Assembly (NCBI GenBank): GCA_964404925.1
Contig: CAYOLW010000003.1
Location: 575 to 64,574 of the forward strand
Length of the DNA stretch: 64,000 nt
DNA from: an uncultured Candidatus Saccharibacteria bacterium
GTDB taxonomy: Bacteria; Patescibacteriota; Minisyncoccia; Phycocordibacterales; UBA9973
Direction of reading: 5' to 3'
In this document: positions 19,267-28,550 of the stretch, in pieces
How positions within the stretch are numbered: the stretch's first letter is position 1
How the letters are laid out: every line of letters begins with the position of its first letter
Notes under the pieces: model-generated
Databases searched by the model: none
Seen by the model: only the letters and a program-made list of their open reading frames with translations
Told to the model about the DNA's origin: nothing
Made by a program: the position numbers and the translations under genes

Positions 19267-19881
19267 TTAATGCAGTTTAAAACTAGCAGTTTTTTCACGA
19301 ATCTCTTCTTTCATTTTTAAATACTTTTCATACACATCTGGTCGAGTGACCCGCAAACACTCTGCCACCTTGCCTGGAATTTTATTTACAACGTCTAGCC
19401 CGTAATGTTTAGCAAATTTTATTATTTTTTGTTCAGCAGTATTTATCTTTTTTTCATTTTTTACCTTTAGCTCTATTTCACATACAGTGTGCCCAAAATC
19501 TGTTTCATCAATATCTATAATAAAACCTTTTTTATGGTACTTAAATCTTTTTGTTTTTATAATGCATAATTCTTTCATATATTCAGACACAAGAACCTCC
19601 AAATCAGCACCTTCTGGAAAATTTAAATGCTCCAATATCCTTGGCACATCTTCTATCTCTTCATAATATGAATTTTCTGTGTTTTCTGGATTTTGCTTCT
19701 TTATTTTAAGTTCCCATGTATCGTTGCGTTTTCGGAGACGGCAACCTTTTTTTGTAAAATCAAAATCTGGAGTATCATAATAATAGTCCGTATGCTCTTT
19801 AAAGCCATCAGAGCGAGCACCTTTTAAAAGCGCATTTAATTGTTCAGTTGTGGGCTTAAATTTCTTTTCTACTTCAATCAT
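19267..19881 (-). CDS. CYTH-domain protein (triphosphate tunnel metalloenzyme)
   Basis: N-terminal EVEKKF (ExExK) and later acidic E..E motifs typical of the CYTH/class IV adenylate cyclase fold. Confidence 0.65.
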   Translation of the reverse strand: MIEVEKKFKPTTEQLNALLKGARSDGFKEHTDYYYDTPDFDFTKKGCRLRKRNDTWELKIKKQNPENTENSYYEEIEDVPRILEHLNFPEGADLEVLVSEYMKELCIIKTKRFKYHKKGFIIDIDETDFGHTVCEIELKVKNEKKINTAEQKIIKFAKHYGLDVVNKIPGKVAECLRVTRPDVYEKYLKMKEEIREKTASFKLH

Positions 19882-20459
19882 ATTTTTTTATTTCTTCTTC
19901 TAAAAGAGATTATACTAATTTCTATAGAATTACCAACAATGAGATAGAAACCGAATCCGGCCGTCAAGAAAGTAAGTTCGGGTAGAACCAATAATCCTAA
20001 AATATAGTTAAATATACCAATACCGTACGGCCAAGGATTTTCGGTTTCTGGATTTTTCCAAGACTTAATATATGTAGGTACATATGCAATACCGTCAGCC
20101 AAAATAGCAAAAATTACTGCTAGCACTCCTTCGTGCCAAATAAACCAACACGCTAAGGCGCTTAGAGACAACGCAAGGCAAAGGTAATCAATTTTGGAAA
20201 GTTTCCAAAATGAGTTTTTATAAAACAGAGAAAATACAAGCACCAACAATGGGCCAAATCCAGCAAGAAAAACAGGTAAAATCGCTACCCCAGCCCCACT
20301 AACAAAACCGACCAACGAAGCCACCATCGGTGCCAAAAACCACATAAACCAAGAAGCCAGATTGGGTCTGGTGTTCCCTTTCACGATACTACGAATATAA
20401 GAAAATATTCCAATAAGAGATGTAAATAGGGTTATATAAATAACGTAGGTCGGTAGCAT
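19878..20459 (-). CDS. hypothetical polytopic membrane protein
   Basis: About 6 hydrophobic helices. No recognised motif. Confidence 0.4.
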   Translation of the reverse strand: MLPTYVIYITLFTSLIGIFSYIRSIVKGNTRPNLASWFMWFLAPMVASLVGFVSGAGVAILPVFLAGFGPLLVLVFSLFYKNSFWKLSKIDYLCLALSLSALACWFIWHEGVLAVIFAILADGIAYVPTYIKSWKNPETENPWPYGIGIFNYILGLLVLPELTFLTAGFGFYLIVGNSIEISIISFRRRNKKI

Positions 20460-21647
20460 TTATTTAGAACGCAAAACTTTATCAATCTTTTTGGCAATTG
20501 TGATCATATCTTTTTCCTTTTTATTTCGAGTTGTTTCTGCACAAGTACCTAATCGGATACCAGATGGGTCCATAGGCCCACGAGGGTCACCCGGAATAGT
20601 ATTCATATTTACTATTATCCCCGCCTTCTCAAGCTTCTCACTAGCAATTTTGCCTGGCACTCCAACACCGTTCATCCATGTGTCCATTAGTAAGAGGTGT
20701 GAATCTGTACCACCGGATACAATACGCCAACCAAGCTTTTGTAATTCACTGGATAAAGCTTTTGCATTTTTTACAACTTGTTTTGCATACTTTTTAAAAG
20801 CAGGGGTAGATGCTTCTTTAAGTGCCACAGCCACAGCAGCAATTGTGTTCTCGTGTGGTCCGCCAAACAGTCCGGGTATTACAGCTTTGTCTAATTTTTT
20901 ATCAAATTCTCTACTGTCTTTTTTTACAAAAAGTAGTGCATGCCGTGGACCACGGAGAGATTTGTGAGTAGTGGTCATAACAGAGTCTGCATACGGAAAT
21001 GGTGATGGATATTCTAGACCAGCTACCAACCCCGCAAAGTGTGACATGTCTACATGCAATATTGCCCCACATGCGTCTGCAATCTCGCGAAACTTTTTAA
21101 AATTAACAATACGAGGATATGCAGTAAACCCAGCAACGATTAACTTTGGTTTTTCGGCTATGGCCAATTGCTTCAATGCTTCGTAATCAATTTCTTCGTT
21201 CTCAACAGTTATTTCAAACTGGGCAGAATTCCATAGTTTACCAGTCAGTGATGCAGGGTATCCGTGAGTTAGATGTCCACCGGAAGAAAGCTTCATCCCC
21301 ATTATTTTCTCCCCAATTGGCACGAGCGCAGTATATAAAGCAAAGTTCGCCGGGGAGCCAGAAAGCAACTGTACATTCACATGCCAATCCCCCTCCTTCA
21401 ATTTAAAAAGTTTTAAAGCTCGATCAATACACAGAGTCTCTACCTGGTCTATTATTTTATTACCCCCATAGTATCTCCTACCTGGATAACCCTCGGCATA
21501 TTTGTTAGTAAGTTCACTACCTAATGCAGCTAGTACGTCTTTGGAAACATAGTTCTCTGAAGCTATTAAATTAATAACACTTTTCTGCCGTGTCGCCTCT
21601 CCTTTAATTAGTTTTTCTATTTGTTTATCTTTCATTTTTGCTTGCAT
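20460..21647 (-). CDS. glyA: serine hydroxymethyltransferase
   Basis: INLIASENY, YAEGYPGRRYYGG, TTTHKSLRGPR (PLP-Lys region). 395 aa. Confidence 0.9.
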   Translation of the reverse strand: MQAKMKDKQIEKLIKGEATRQKSVINLIASENYVSKDVLAALGSELTNKYAEGYPGRRYYGGNKIIDQVETLCIDRALKLFKLKEGDWHVNVQLLSGSPANFALYTALVPIGEKIMGMKLSSGGHLTHGYPASLTGKLWNSAQFEITVENEEIDYEALKQLAIAEKPKLIVAGFTAYPRIVNFKKFREIADACGAILHVDMSHFAGLVAGLEYPSPFPYADSVMTTTHKSLRGPRHALLFVKKDSREFDKKLDKAVIPGLFGGPHENTIAAVAVALKEASTPAFKKYAKQVVKNAKALSSELQKLGWRIVSGGTDSHLLLMDTWMNGVGVPGKIASEKLEKAGIIVNMNTIPGDPRGPMDPSGIRLGTCAETTRNKKEKDMITIAKKIDKVLRSK

Positions 21648-22495
21648 GCACCCATTGTATCACAGTTAAGTACTATGGTTCCAAGCAGGTCTGTACGGAA
21701 TATTTGAACACCCAATTTGGCTAATGTATCCAGTGTTTCCTTATGCGGATGTCCATATTTATTGGATTTACCACTAGAAATCAAAGAATATTTAGGCCTC
21801 ACAGCATTCACAAATTCTGGTGAAGTAGAAGTATTTGACCCATGGTGTCCAACTTTTAGAATCATACTTTGCAAATTGTTTGGATGGGTTTGAGACAATA
21901 CTAACCTCTCAGTGTACTTTGTCGCATCACCGGTGAGCATGATTTTGGTATCACCGTATACAAGTCTCGCCACCACTGAACCATCGTTCGGCGACCAGTC
22001 CGTAACATCCCGATCCGGAAACAAAAATTCTATATACGCCCCACCACCTATATCTACACTCATTCCCTTGCGAACGAGAATATCCGGAATGTTTTTATTT
22101 TTAATAAAAGATTCTAAGTTTTTATAAGTAGAAGAAGGATTAATTGTGCCTGATTCAAAAACAGTATTTATTTTGTACATTTTCAAGACATCTAAAAACC
22201 CAGAGATGTGGTCTGCATCGGGGTTGGTTATAACCACCGCATCAATAGTACGATCCCAAAACGGCATTACTTTAGGAAGTTCACGCAATATTGTATTTCC
22301 CGGACCTGCATCAAAAAGTATCTGAGTACCCGATGGGGATTCTATAAAAATCGCATCTCCCTGCCCTATATCAAGGGCAGCAATAGTGATTTCTTTATTT
22401 TGAGAATTGAAATCAACGTATATTAAGCAGGCAACCAGCATGAAGAGAAAAGCTGCAAAATAGAATAGCAAAAAGTCTTTATGCTTAAACTGCAT
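21632..22495 (-). CDS. metallo-beta-lactamase-fold protein, ComEC C-terminal (nuclease) domain homologue with one N-terminal TM helix
   Basis: LDIGQGDAIFIE...ITNPDADHISG (HxHxDH-like), later GDA and HHGS motifs of the MBL fold. TM anchor FLLFYFAAFLFMLVACLIYV. Confidence 0.7.
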   Translation of the reverse strand: MQFKHKDFLLFYFAAFLFMLVACLIYVDFNSQNKEITIAALDIGQGDAIFIESPSGTQILFDAGPGNTILRELPKVMPFWDRTIDAVVITNPDADHISGFLDVLKMYKINTVFESGTINPSSTYKNLESFIKNKNIPDILVRKGMSVDIGGGAYIEFLFPDRDVTDWSPNDGSVVARLVYGDTKIMLTGDATKYTERLVLSQTHPNNLQSMILKVGHHGSNTSTSPEFVNAVRPKYSLISSGKSNKYGHPHKETLDTLAKLGVQIFRTDLLGTIVLNCDTMGACKQK

Positions 22496-22497
22496 GA

Positions 22498-22503
22498 TAT
22501 AAT
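22498..22503 (+). promoter_or_regulatory. candidate -10 box (TATAAT) 9 nt upstream of the sodA start codon; implies a leaderless or very short-leader transcript
   Basis: A perfect TATAAT lies in the 17-bp divergent spacer between the MBL gene and sodA. No Shine-Dalgarno would fit. Confidence 0.3.
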
Positions 22504-22512
22504 GTTAGCATT

Positions 22513-23130
22513 ATGCAAAACTTCACACAAAAAACATTTAACCTGCCTACCGGACAGGCAGGCATTAATGAGCTTTCAGGTATATCAGCTCAAAACATTG
22601 AGGAACATTTAAAACTGTACGCTGGATATGTTAAAAACGCGAACTTTATTCAAGAAAAAGTAGCCGAACTCATGCACGATGCAGATAATAATGCATACAT
22701 ATTAGGAGAACTTGAGCGCCGGTTTTCTTTTGAATTCAATGGCATGCGCAATCATGAATACTACTTTACCTCACTCGAAGGCGGACCAAGCACTCTCGCA
22801 AACGACTCAAAATTAAAGCAAAAAATTGAAACACAGTTTGGAACATTTGATGCATGGCTCGACGGATATAAAAGGCTAGCCATGACTCGCGGAGTCGGCT
22901 GGGCAATGCTGTACTATGATAAACACACAGACAAATTAGTCCATGCATGGGTAGACGAGCAACATCTAGGCCAGCTCAATGGCTGCCAAGTAATCCTCGC
23001 CCTCGACATGTGGGAACACGCTTATGTGTACGACTACCCTACTAGTGAAAAAAAGAAGTATGTAGAAACTTTCTTTCAAAATTTGAATTGGAATATTATA
23101 GAAAATAACTTCCTAGAAGCCACAAAATAA
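22513..23130 (+). CDS. sodA: Fe/Mn superoxide dismutase
   Basis: HH.KHH-type N-terminal region, DMWEHAYY signature. 205 aa. Confidence 0.9.
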   Translation: MQNFTQKTFNLPTGQAGINELSGISAQNIEEHLKLYAGYVKNANFIQEKVAELMHDADNNAYILGELERRFSFEFNGMRNHEYYFTSLEGGPSTLANDSKLKQKIETQFGTFDAWLDGYKRLAMTRGVGWAMLYYDKHTDKLVHAWVDEQHLGQLNGCQVILALDMWEHAYVYDYPTSEKKKYVETFFQNLNWNIIENNFLEATK

Positions 23131-23133
23131 AAA

Positions 23134-23166
23134 ACGGGTTATGCTTGTATTGCAAAGCATAACCCG
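23134..23166. terminator. bidirectional terminator between convergent sodA and aconitase
   Basis: acgggttatgctt...aagcataacccgt: 13-bp stem flanked by A-run and T-rich run. Confidence 0.6.
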
Positions 23167-23193
23167 TGTGTCACTGTTTTAAACAAAAAATCC

Positions 23194-25458
23194 TTACTTT
23201 ACGTTGAGAGCAGAACCGGCACGTAGCCATTCAATTTGGCTTGCGTTATAGGTGTTTACTAATTTAATTATCTCGTACATACCATCTGCATGATCAAGGC
23301 GCAGATAAATCGGTATGTCTGGCATTAAAGTTTCAAAACCTATCAAACTCACTTTGTCATCCTGTCTAATTTCGTCATAGTCGCTAGGATCATCGAAAGT
23401 GAAAGCAAAAATACCTTGCTTCTTCAGGTTGGTCAGGTGTATGCGAGCAAATGATTTCGCAACTACCACCTTCACTCCCATATAGCGCGGCTCCATAGCA
23501 GCATGTTCACGACTACTTCCCTCACCCAGGTTTTCTTCGGCAAAAACAATTGTGCCGATACTATTATCTTGGTAAATTGAAGCACTTTCGTGAACTGTCC
23601 TATAATCCCCAGTGACAGCATTCCATACATTATTCTTTTCACCGTTGAAAAAGTTTTCCGCTCCCATATACAAGTTGCGGGAAATATTTGCAAGGTGTCC
23701 CCGGTATTTTAACCATGGACCGGCCATAGAAATGTGGTCTGTGGTGCATTTACCTTTGGCTTTAATCAATACATGCATGTCTGTGAGATCAGCAGCCGTA
23801 ATAGGCTTGAACGGTTCAAGTAACTGCAATCTTTCTGAAGCCAAATCAACAAACACATCAACCTTTGAACCATCTTTTGCAGGTGCAATGTAACCACGTT
23901 CACCCACATCAAATCCATCATCAGGTAATTCAATTCCTTCTGGTGCACTAAAGCAACGCCAATTGCCATCAATGAAAAATTCAAGAGTTCCCTGCTGGTG
24001 ATCATACTTGAATTTAGACAAATCACCCGCTAAAGCAAAGGCTGTCACTATTTCAGGGCTGGCTACAAATGCATGTGTCTTTGGATTACCATCATTACGC
24101 GAAGTAAAGTTTCGATTGAAACTTGTCATTATTGAATTTGGACGTTCTTTATCATCAATATGCCGCGACCATTGTCCAATACACGGGCCGCAAGCATTGG
24201 ACAGCACTACGCCGCCAATTTTTTCAAAATCACGCAATATGCCATCTCGTTCGGCCGTATACCGAATCTGTTCAGAACCCGGGGTAACAGTGAACTCAGA
24301 GATAAAACTCAATCCTTTTTCATGCGCCTGCCAGACTACATCTACCGCTCGGGTCAAATCTTCGTATGAAGAGTTGGTGCATGATCCGATAAGCCCCACT
24401 TCCAATTTTACTGGCCAGTTATTTTCTTCAACTGCAGCGGCAAATTTCGAAAGTGGCCAAGCCAAATCTGGTGTGAACGGACCATTAATGTGAGGCTCAA
24501 GTTCAGAAAGATTTATTTCAATTACCTGATCAAAGTATTGTTCTGGGTTTGCATAACATTCGGAATCTCCATTTAGGTACGGAACTAAACCTTTGCATAT
24601 ATTGGCAACTTTCTCACGACCAGTGGCTCGCAGATAACGGTCCATACTTTTGTCATACCCAAAGGTAGATGTTGTGGCACCAATCTCTGCACCCATATTG
24701 CATATTGTGGCTTTACCAGTTGCACTGATATTGTGTACGCCAGATCCGAAATATTCCACAATACAATCCGTGCCACCTTTGACGGTCAGAATGCCTGCCA
24801 AATGCAAAATTACATCTTTCGGCGAAGTCCAACCATGAAGTTTACCGGTAAGTTTTACCCCAATCAATTTAGGCATTTGTAATTCCCATGGCATTGCAGT
24901 CATGACATCCACCGCGTCAGCACCACCAACACCAATAGCAATCATGCCAAGGCCGCCAGCGTTAACTGTGTGCGAGTCTGTTCCGATCATCATACCACCA
25001 GGGAAGGCGTAATTTTCTAATACAATCTGGTGAATAATACCAGATCCAGGTTTCCAGAATCCGATGCCATATTTTTGTGATACAGATTGCAAGAAATCAA
25101 ATACTTCCTTGTTTTTGTTCAAAGCATTTGGTAAATCTTCAGTGGCTCCTTTTTCTGCCTGAATCAGGTGATCGCAGTGAACCGTGCTGGGCACAGCCAC
25201 CTTTTTACGGCCGCAGGTCATGAATTGCAATAGCGCCATTTGCGCTGTTGCATCTTGCATGGCCACACGGTCAGGTGAAAAAAACACGTAATCCCTTCCA
25301 CGCTGGTAATCAGTGACCGAGTTATCGGGATGCAAATGGGCGTAGAGGATTTTTTCAGTAAGGGTCAGAGGTCGCTTGAGTTGTTTTTTTGCGGCATCTA
25401 CACGAGTCTGAAAAGTCGAATAGAATCCTTTGATCATTTTAATGTCGAACATAATCAA
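23194..25458 (-). CDS. acn: aconitate hydratase, mitochondrial-type (Aco2/AcnA-like monomeric)
   Basis: [14 protein letters not shown]...[18 protein letters not shown]...[13 protein letters not shown], Fe-S ligating Cys regions ([22 protein letters not shown]), C-terminal swivel domain. 754 aa matches the mitochondrial-type size. Confidence 0.85.
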   Translation of the reverse strand: MIMFDIKMIKGFYSTFQTRVDAAKKQLKRPLTLTEKILYAHLHPDNSVTDYQRGRDYVFFSPDRVAMQDATAQMALLQFMTCGRKKVAVPSTVHCDHLIQAEKGATEDLPNALNKNKEVFDFLQSVSQKYGIGFWKPGSGIIHQIVLENYAFPGGMMIGTDSHTVNAGGLGMIAIGVGGADAVDVMTAMPWELQMPKLIGVKLTGKLHGWTSPKDVILHLAGILTVKGGTDCIVEYFGSGVHNISATGKATICNMGAEIGATTSTFGYDKSMDRYLRATGREKVANICKGLVPYLNGDSECYANPEQYFDQVIEINLSELEPHINGPFTPDLAWPLSKFAAAVEENNWPVKLEVGLIGSCTNSSYEDLTRAVDVVWQAHEKGLSFISEFTVTPGSEQIRYTAERDGILRDFEKIGGVVLSNACGPCIGQWSRHIDDKERPNSIMTSFNRNFTSRNDGNPKTHAFVASPEIVTAFALAGDLSKFKYDHQQGTLEFFIDGNWRCFSAPEGIELPDDGFDVGERGYIAPAKDGSKVDVFVDLASERLQLLEPFKPITAADLTDMHVLIKAKGKCTTDHISMAGPWLKYRGHLANISRNLYMGAENFFNGEKNNVWNAVTGDYRTVHESASIYQDNSIGTIVFAEENLGEGSSREHAAMEPRYMGVKVVVAKSFARIHLTNLKKQGIFAFTFDDPSDYDEIRQDDKVSLIGFETLMPDIPIYLRLDHADGMYEIIKLVNTYNASQIEWLRAGSALNVK

Positions 25459-25538
25459 TGAGTTGAAATTAGAAATGAAAAGAAAGCGTTATGCGTCCAG
25501 GCCACGCCGCTTTCTAGGGTCAATGCCTGTTAATCTTT

Positions 25539-26711
25539 TTATACTTCAATCAAGTATTCTGAGCGTTCTGCTACATACTGAATCATTCTTTCTGTGTCAC
25601 GCTCTGCTGAATCTGTATCATTAAGATAGTCCAGGGTTGCAGCACGAACAAAACCAAAAAAGTCTTTTTGTTCAGGATTAACTTGCTCAAAAGCACTACA
25701 CATAGCAAAGATGATTCCTGCAGGATTCAAAAACTTGTCACCGTAAAGAGGCCCTACTGTTTTACCGTCGGCAGTACCACCTGGCAACTCCTCATAGGTA
25801 AACCAACCTTCGTCCGACATGCAGTACACAGTGCTTCCCATTACACGATTTCCGTGTTGAATATCAACAATGTCGGAAGCAGTGTCGCCATTCGGGTTGT
25901 CGCAGACCATAAGGAATCCACCTTTTGCATAAACACTTTCTCCATCACCATTTTGAATAGGTAATGAAGCCAAAGCGATATCAGTAAGTTCGTGATGCCA
26001 CGTGTCATCACTCCATAAATCTTTGGCAGTGATTTCCGTTAAACCAAGTTCACGCCAAACATTTTCGATCGTTTCGCGAAAGGTAAGTTCAGACTTAGCA
26101 ATTGTGCTTTTACTAGCCAATACAAGGTGTAAACCTTTTTCCTGAGCAATTTTATAAGCAAGCCGGGCAAATTCTTCGAGCTTAGTCAGGTTCATTCTCT
26201 GGGTAATAATCAAGTTTTTCTCATTACCAGATTGAACATCTGCACTAAGTTCCTCATAAAATCCTCCGCTAGCGAAACGCAAGACACCGCAAGGGTTTTG
26301 ATAACGCCCAGGGCCCTGCAAAAAACGCAGCATTGCAAAAGCATTCGCCAGAGGCCTCATTGCGATATTTGCACTTTTCCAACCTTTGGCTTTGATTAGC
26401 GGGTCATTTGAAGCGGTCGAATTTTTGAAACCTGCGCCACATTTACGGAGGGCAGCAACGGCTGAGGTAATGCAATCATCGTTGGTTTCGAGTCGAGCGG
26501 CAACAGACATAGGCACATCTACAGTCGGAAAACTTTTAAAAATAATTTCCCGAACCATCTGTGCACCACGTGCAACGCCACCGTCACCGTTGAGGAATGC
26601 GATTGGTTTGAGTTCTTTTTTCATAATCGTTAAAGTTGAGTGAATGAAAAATGAGTTTCGTAAGGATTTCAAAGAGCAAAGGAGTCTTTTAAAAATCCTT
26701 AATCTGGACAT
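25539..26711 (-). CDS. icd: NADP-dependent isocitrate dehydrogenase, eukaryote-like subfamily II (possibly with a shortened clasp region); likely true start at 26624 (MKKELKP...)
   Basis: Collinear similarity to IDH1/2: NGDGGVARGAQMVREIIF (cf. [20 protein letters not shown]), TNDDCITSAVAALRK, WKSANIAMRP, EEFARLAYKIAQEKGLHLVLASKSTIAK, GGFLMVCDNPNGDTASD (cf. GGFIWACKNYDGDVQSD). Confidence 0.6.
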   Translation of the reverse strand: MSRLRIFKRLLCSLKSLRNSFFIHSTLTIMKKELKPIAFLNGDGGVARGAQMVREIIFKSFPTVDVPMSVAARLETNDDCITSAVAALRKCGAGFKNSTASNDPLIKAKGWKSANIAMRPLANAFAMLRFLQGPGRYQNPCGVLRFASGGFYEELSADVQSGNEKNLIITQRMNLTKLEEFARLAYKIAQEKGLHLVLASKSTIAKSELTFRETIENVWRELGLTEITAKDLWSDDTWHHELTDIALASLPIQNGDGESVYAKGGFLMVCDNPNGDTASDIVDIQHGNRVMGSTVYCMSDEGWFTYEELPGGTADGKTVGPLYGDKFLNPAGIIFAMCSAFEQVNPEQKDFFGFVRAATLDYLNDTDSAERDTERMIQYVAERSEYLIEV

Positions 26712-26747
26712 GATATTACAATAAAATCACAGAAAAACAAGGGACGT

Positions 26748-28082
26748 CTACCAAACTATTTCTTCTTCTTTTTTAAAAGAATTTTGAATATCTCTATAGA
26801 AAAGCCTATAAGCAAACCAGGTATAAATTAATATAACCAAAACAAGTGGAAACCGAGATATGGCAATAGAGGCAAATGGTAAAATCGCAAATTTTTCGAT
26901 AATAAAAAGCTCATAGGCAAGCAGCTGACCAGTAACATACCCAGGCACGACAGAAATAATTGGATAGATTATCCCAGCAAATCCAGTTATGAATCCAAGC
27001 AGCATAGTAATCGGTATTAAAGGCAGAACAAGGAAATTCGCCGGCAAGGCAACGAGTGACAGGTTCCCCATTTTATACAATATAAATGGTAGCATGAATA
27101 CATAGACAGTGGTGGTAACATTGATAATATCCCTAAGGCCGAATTTAGTTGGCACCCAGTAGAAATATTTGATAGTTTTTGGAGTTATATAAATCACGGC
27201 AAAGGTTGCAAGGAACGAAAACTGAAAAGATACATCGTATAGTAGTATCATTGGATTCCAAATAATCATTATTACTCCAGCGAGGACCAACCCTCGCCCG
27301 GCTTCATACATACGGCCTGTTTTACGTGCAACAAGTGCGAGCACTGCCATAATGCCCGCGCGTATACCAGTGGATGCACCACCAGTCATAATGATAAAAA
27401 ATAAAATTCCAAATATGCCGAAGTAAATACTAGACGCTCCAGTAAATGCAAATAAACTCATAATCCACTCTGCTACGATGGTGACGTTGTACCCAGAAAG
27501 TGCCACTATGTGTATTGTACCCGTACGAATAAAAGCATCATTTAATTCCTGTGAGAAATTAGACTTCTCCCCTAGTATGAGGCCAGCTAATAAATATGAT
27601 TCTGGAGGATTAATGGCGAAATTAATTTTATCTAAGAAAAAATTTTTAACTTTAAATAAATACTTCTTAATCCAGAATCCATGATTTTTAGAAATCACTT
27701 CTACTTTGGCGAAGCTTACAGTATAGAGGACGTTGTCTTTCTTTAAATAATTTATATAATCAAATTCTTTTCCCTGATCGGTGATGAAGTTTTCTGCTTT
27801 TTTGAGAGTACCTATAACCTCAACTTCATCCCCATATTCTATTCCGTTATTTACTGTAGTAACTAAAATATTAAATTCTTTTTCTGCTTTGATACTAACT
27901 AAAAACCGATTATTAGTGTTCCTAATACTCGGTGCGTCAGTAACTATACCAGATAATTTTACCTTTTCATCTACATGTGATTCAAAGGCTTGAGGCGGGG
28001 TGAGATCTAAAAAATAAAATCTAATCCCCCATACAGCAAGGCCAGCAACAAGAATAAATAATGTGCTATTGCGAAATTTCAT
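26748..28082 (-). CDS. comEC: ComEC/Rec2 N-terminal portion (DUF4131 + competence membrane-channel domain), no MBL domain
   Basis: N-terminal TM, OB-like soluble region (VKLSGIVTDAP...), LAGLILGEKSNFSQELNDAFIRTGTIHIVALSGYNVTIVA (competence domain signature), then multiple TM helices. Ends without the beta-lactamase domain. Confidence 0.7.
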   Translation of the reverse strand: MKFRNSTLFILVAGLAVWGIRFYFLDLTPPQAFESHVDEKVKLSGIVTDAPSIRNTNNRFLVSIKAEKEFNILVTTVNNGIEYGDEVEVIGTLKKAENFITDQGKEFDYINYLKKDNVLYTVSFAKVEVISKNHGFWIKKYLFKVKNFFLDKINFAINPPESYLLAGLILGEKSNFSQELNDAFIRTGTIHIVALSGYNVTIVAEWIMSLFAFTGASSIYFGIFGILFFIIMTGGASTGIRAGIMAVLALVARKTGRMYEAGRGLVLAGVIMIIWNPMILLYDVSFQFSFLATFAVIYITPKTIKYFYWVPTKFGLRDIINVTTTVYVFMLPFILYKMGNLSLVALPANFLVLPLIPITMLLGFITGFAGIIYPIISVVPGYVTGQLLAYELFIIEKFAILPFASIAISRFPLVLVILIYTWFAYRLFYRDIQNSFKKEEEIVW

Positions 28083-28542
28083 TCCTTAAATCTACTGGAT
28101 CTTGGTCGGCAAAGCTGGTAGCAATAAGGTCAACTCTGTCATTCCATTCGTGCCCGCTGTGTCCGGCAACGTAGAACCATTTTGGTTTTAATTCTTGATT
28201 AAGTTTATGTAATTCCTGCCAAAGTTCTTGATTAAGTACCGGCTTTTTAGCAGCAGTCCGCCAGCCATTTTTAATCCAATTATGAATCCATTCATTCACA
28301 CCATTAATCACGTACTTAGAATCAGAATGAATTTCTATCTCTCCTATAATCTTATTTTTTATCAAAAATTCCATCGCTTTAATCGGCGCCGTAAGCTCCA
28401 TGATGTTGTTTGTCGAATGGTCCGCTCGTCCACCAAGCTCAGTACATTTACCGCCTAAACAAATAGCCACCCCCCAACCCGAAGGGCCAGGATTCCCCCT
28501 CGCTGCACCGTCTGTATATATTATTATCTTATTCTGATTCAT
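28066..28542 (-). CDS. rnhA: ribonuclease HI
   Basis: IYTDGAARGNPGPSGWGV, NNIMEL, HSDSKYVI, AGHSGHEWNDRVD: canonical DEDD RNase H1 motifs. Confidence 0.85.
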   Translation of the reverse strand: MNQNKIIIYTDGAARGNPGPSGWGVAICLGGKCTELGGRADHSTNNIMELTAPIKAMEFLIKNKIIGEIEIHSDSKYVINGVNEWIHNWIKNGWRTAAKKPVLNQELWQELHKLNQELKPKWFYVAGHSGHEWNDRVDLIATSFADQDPVDLRNEISQ

Positions 28543-28550
28543 TTCAATTA

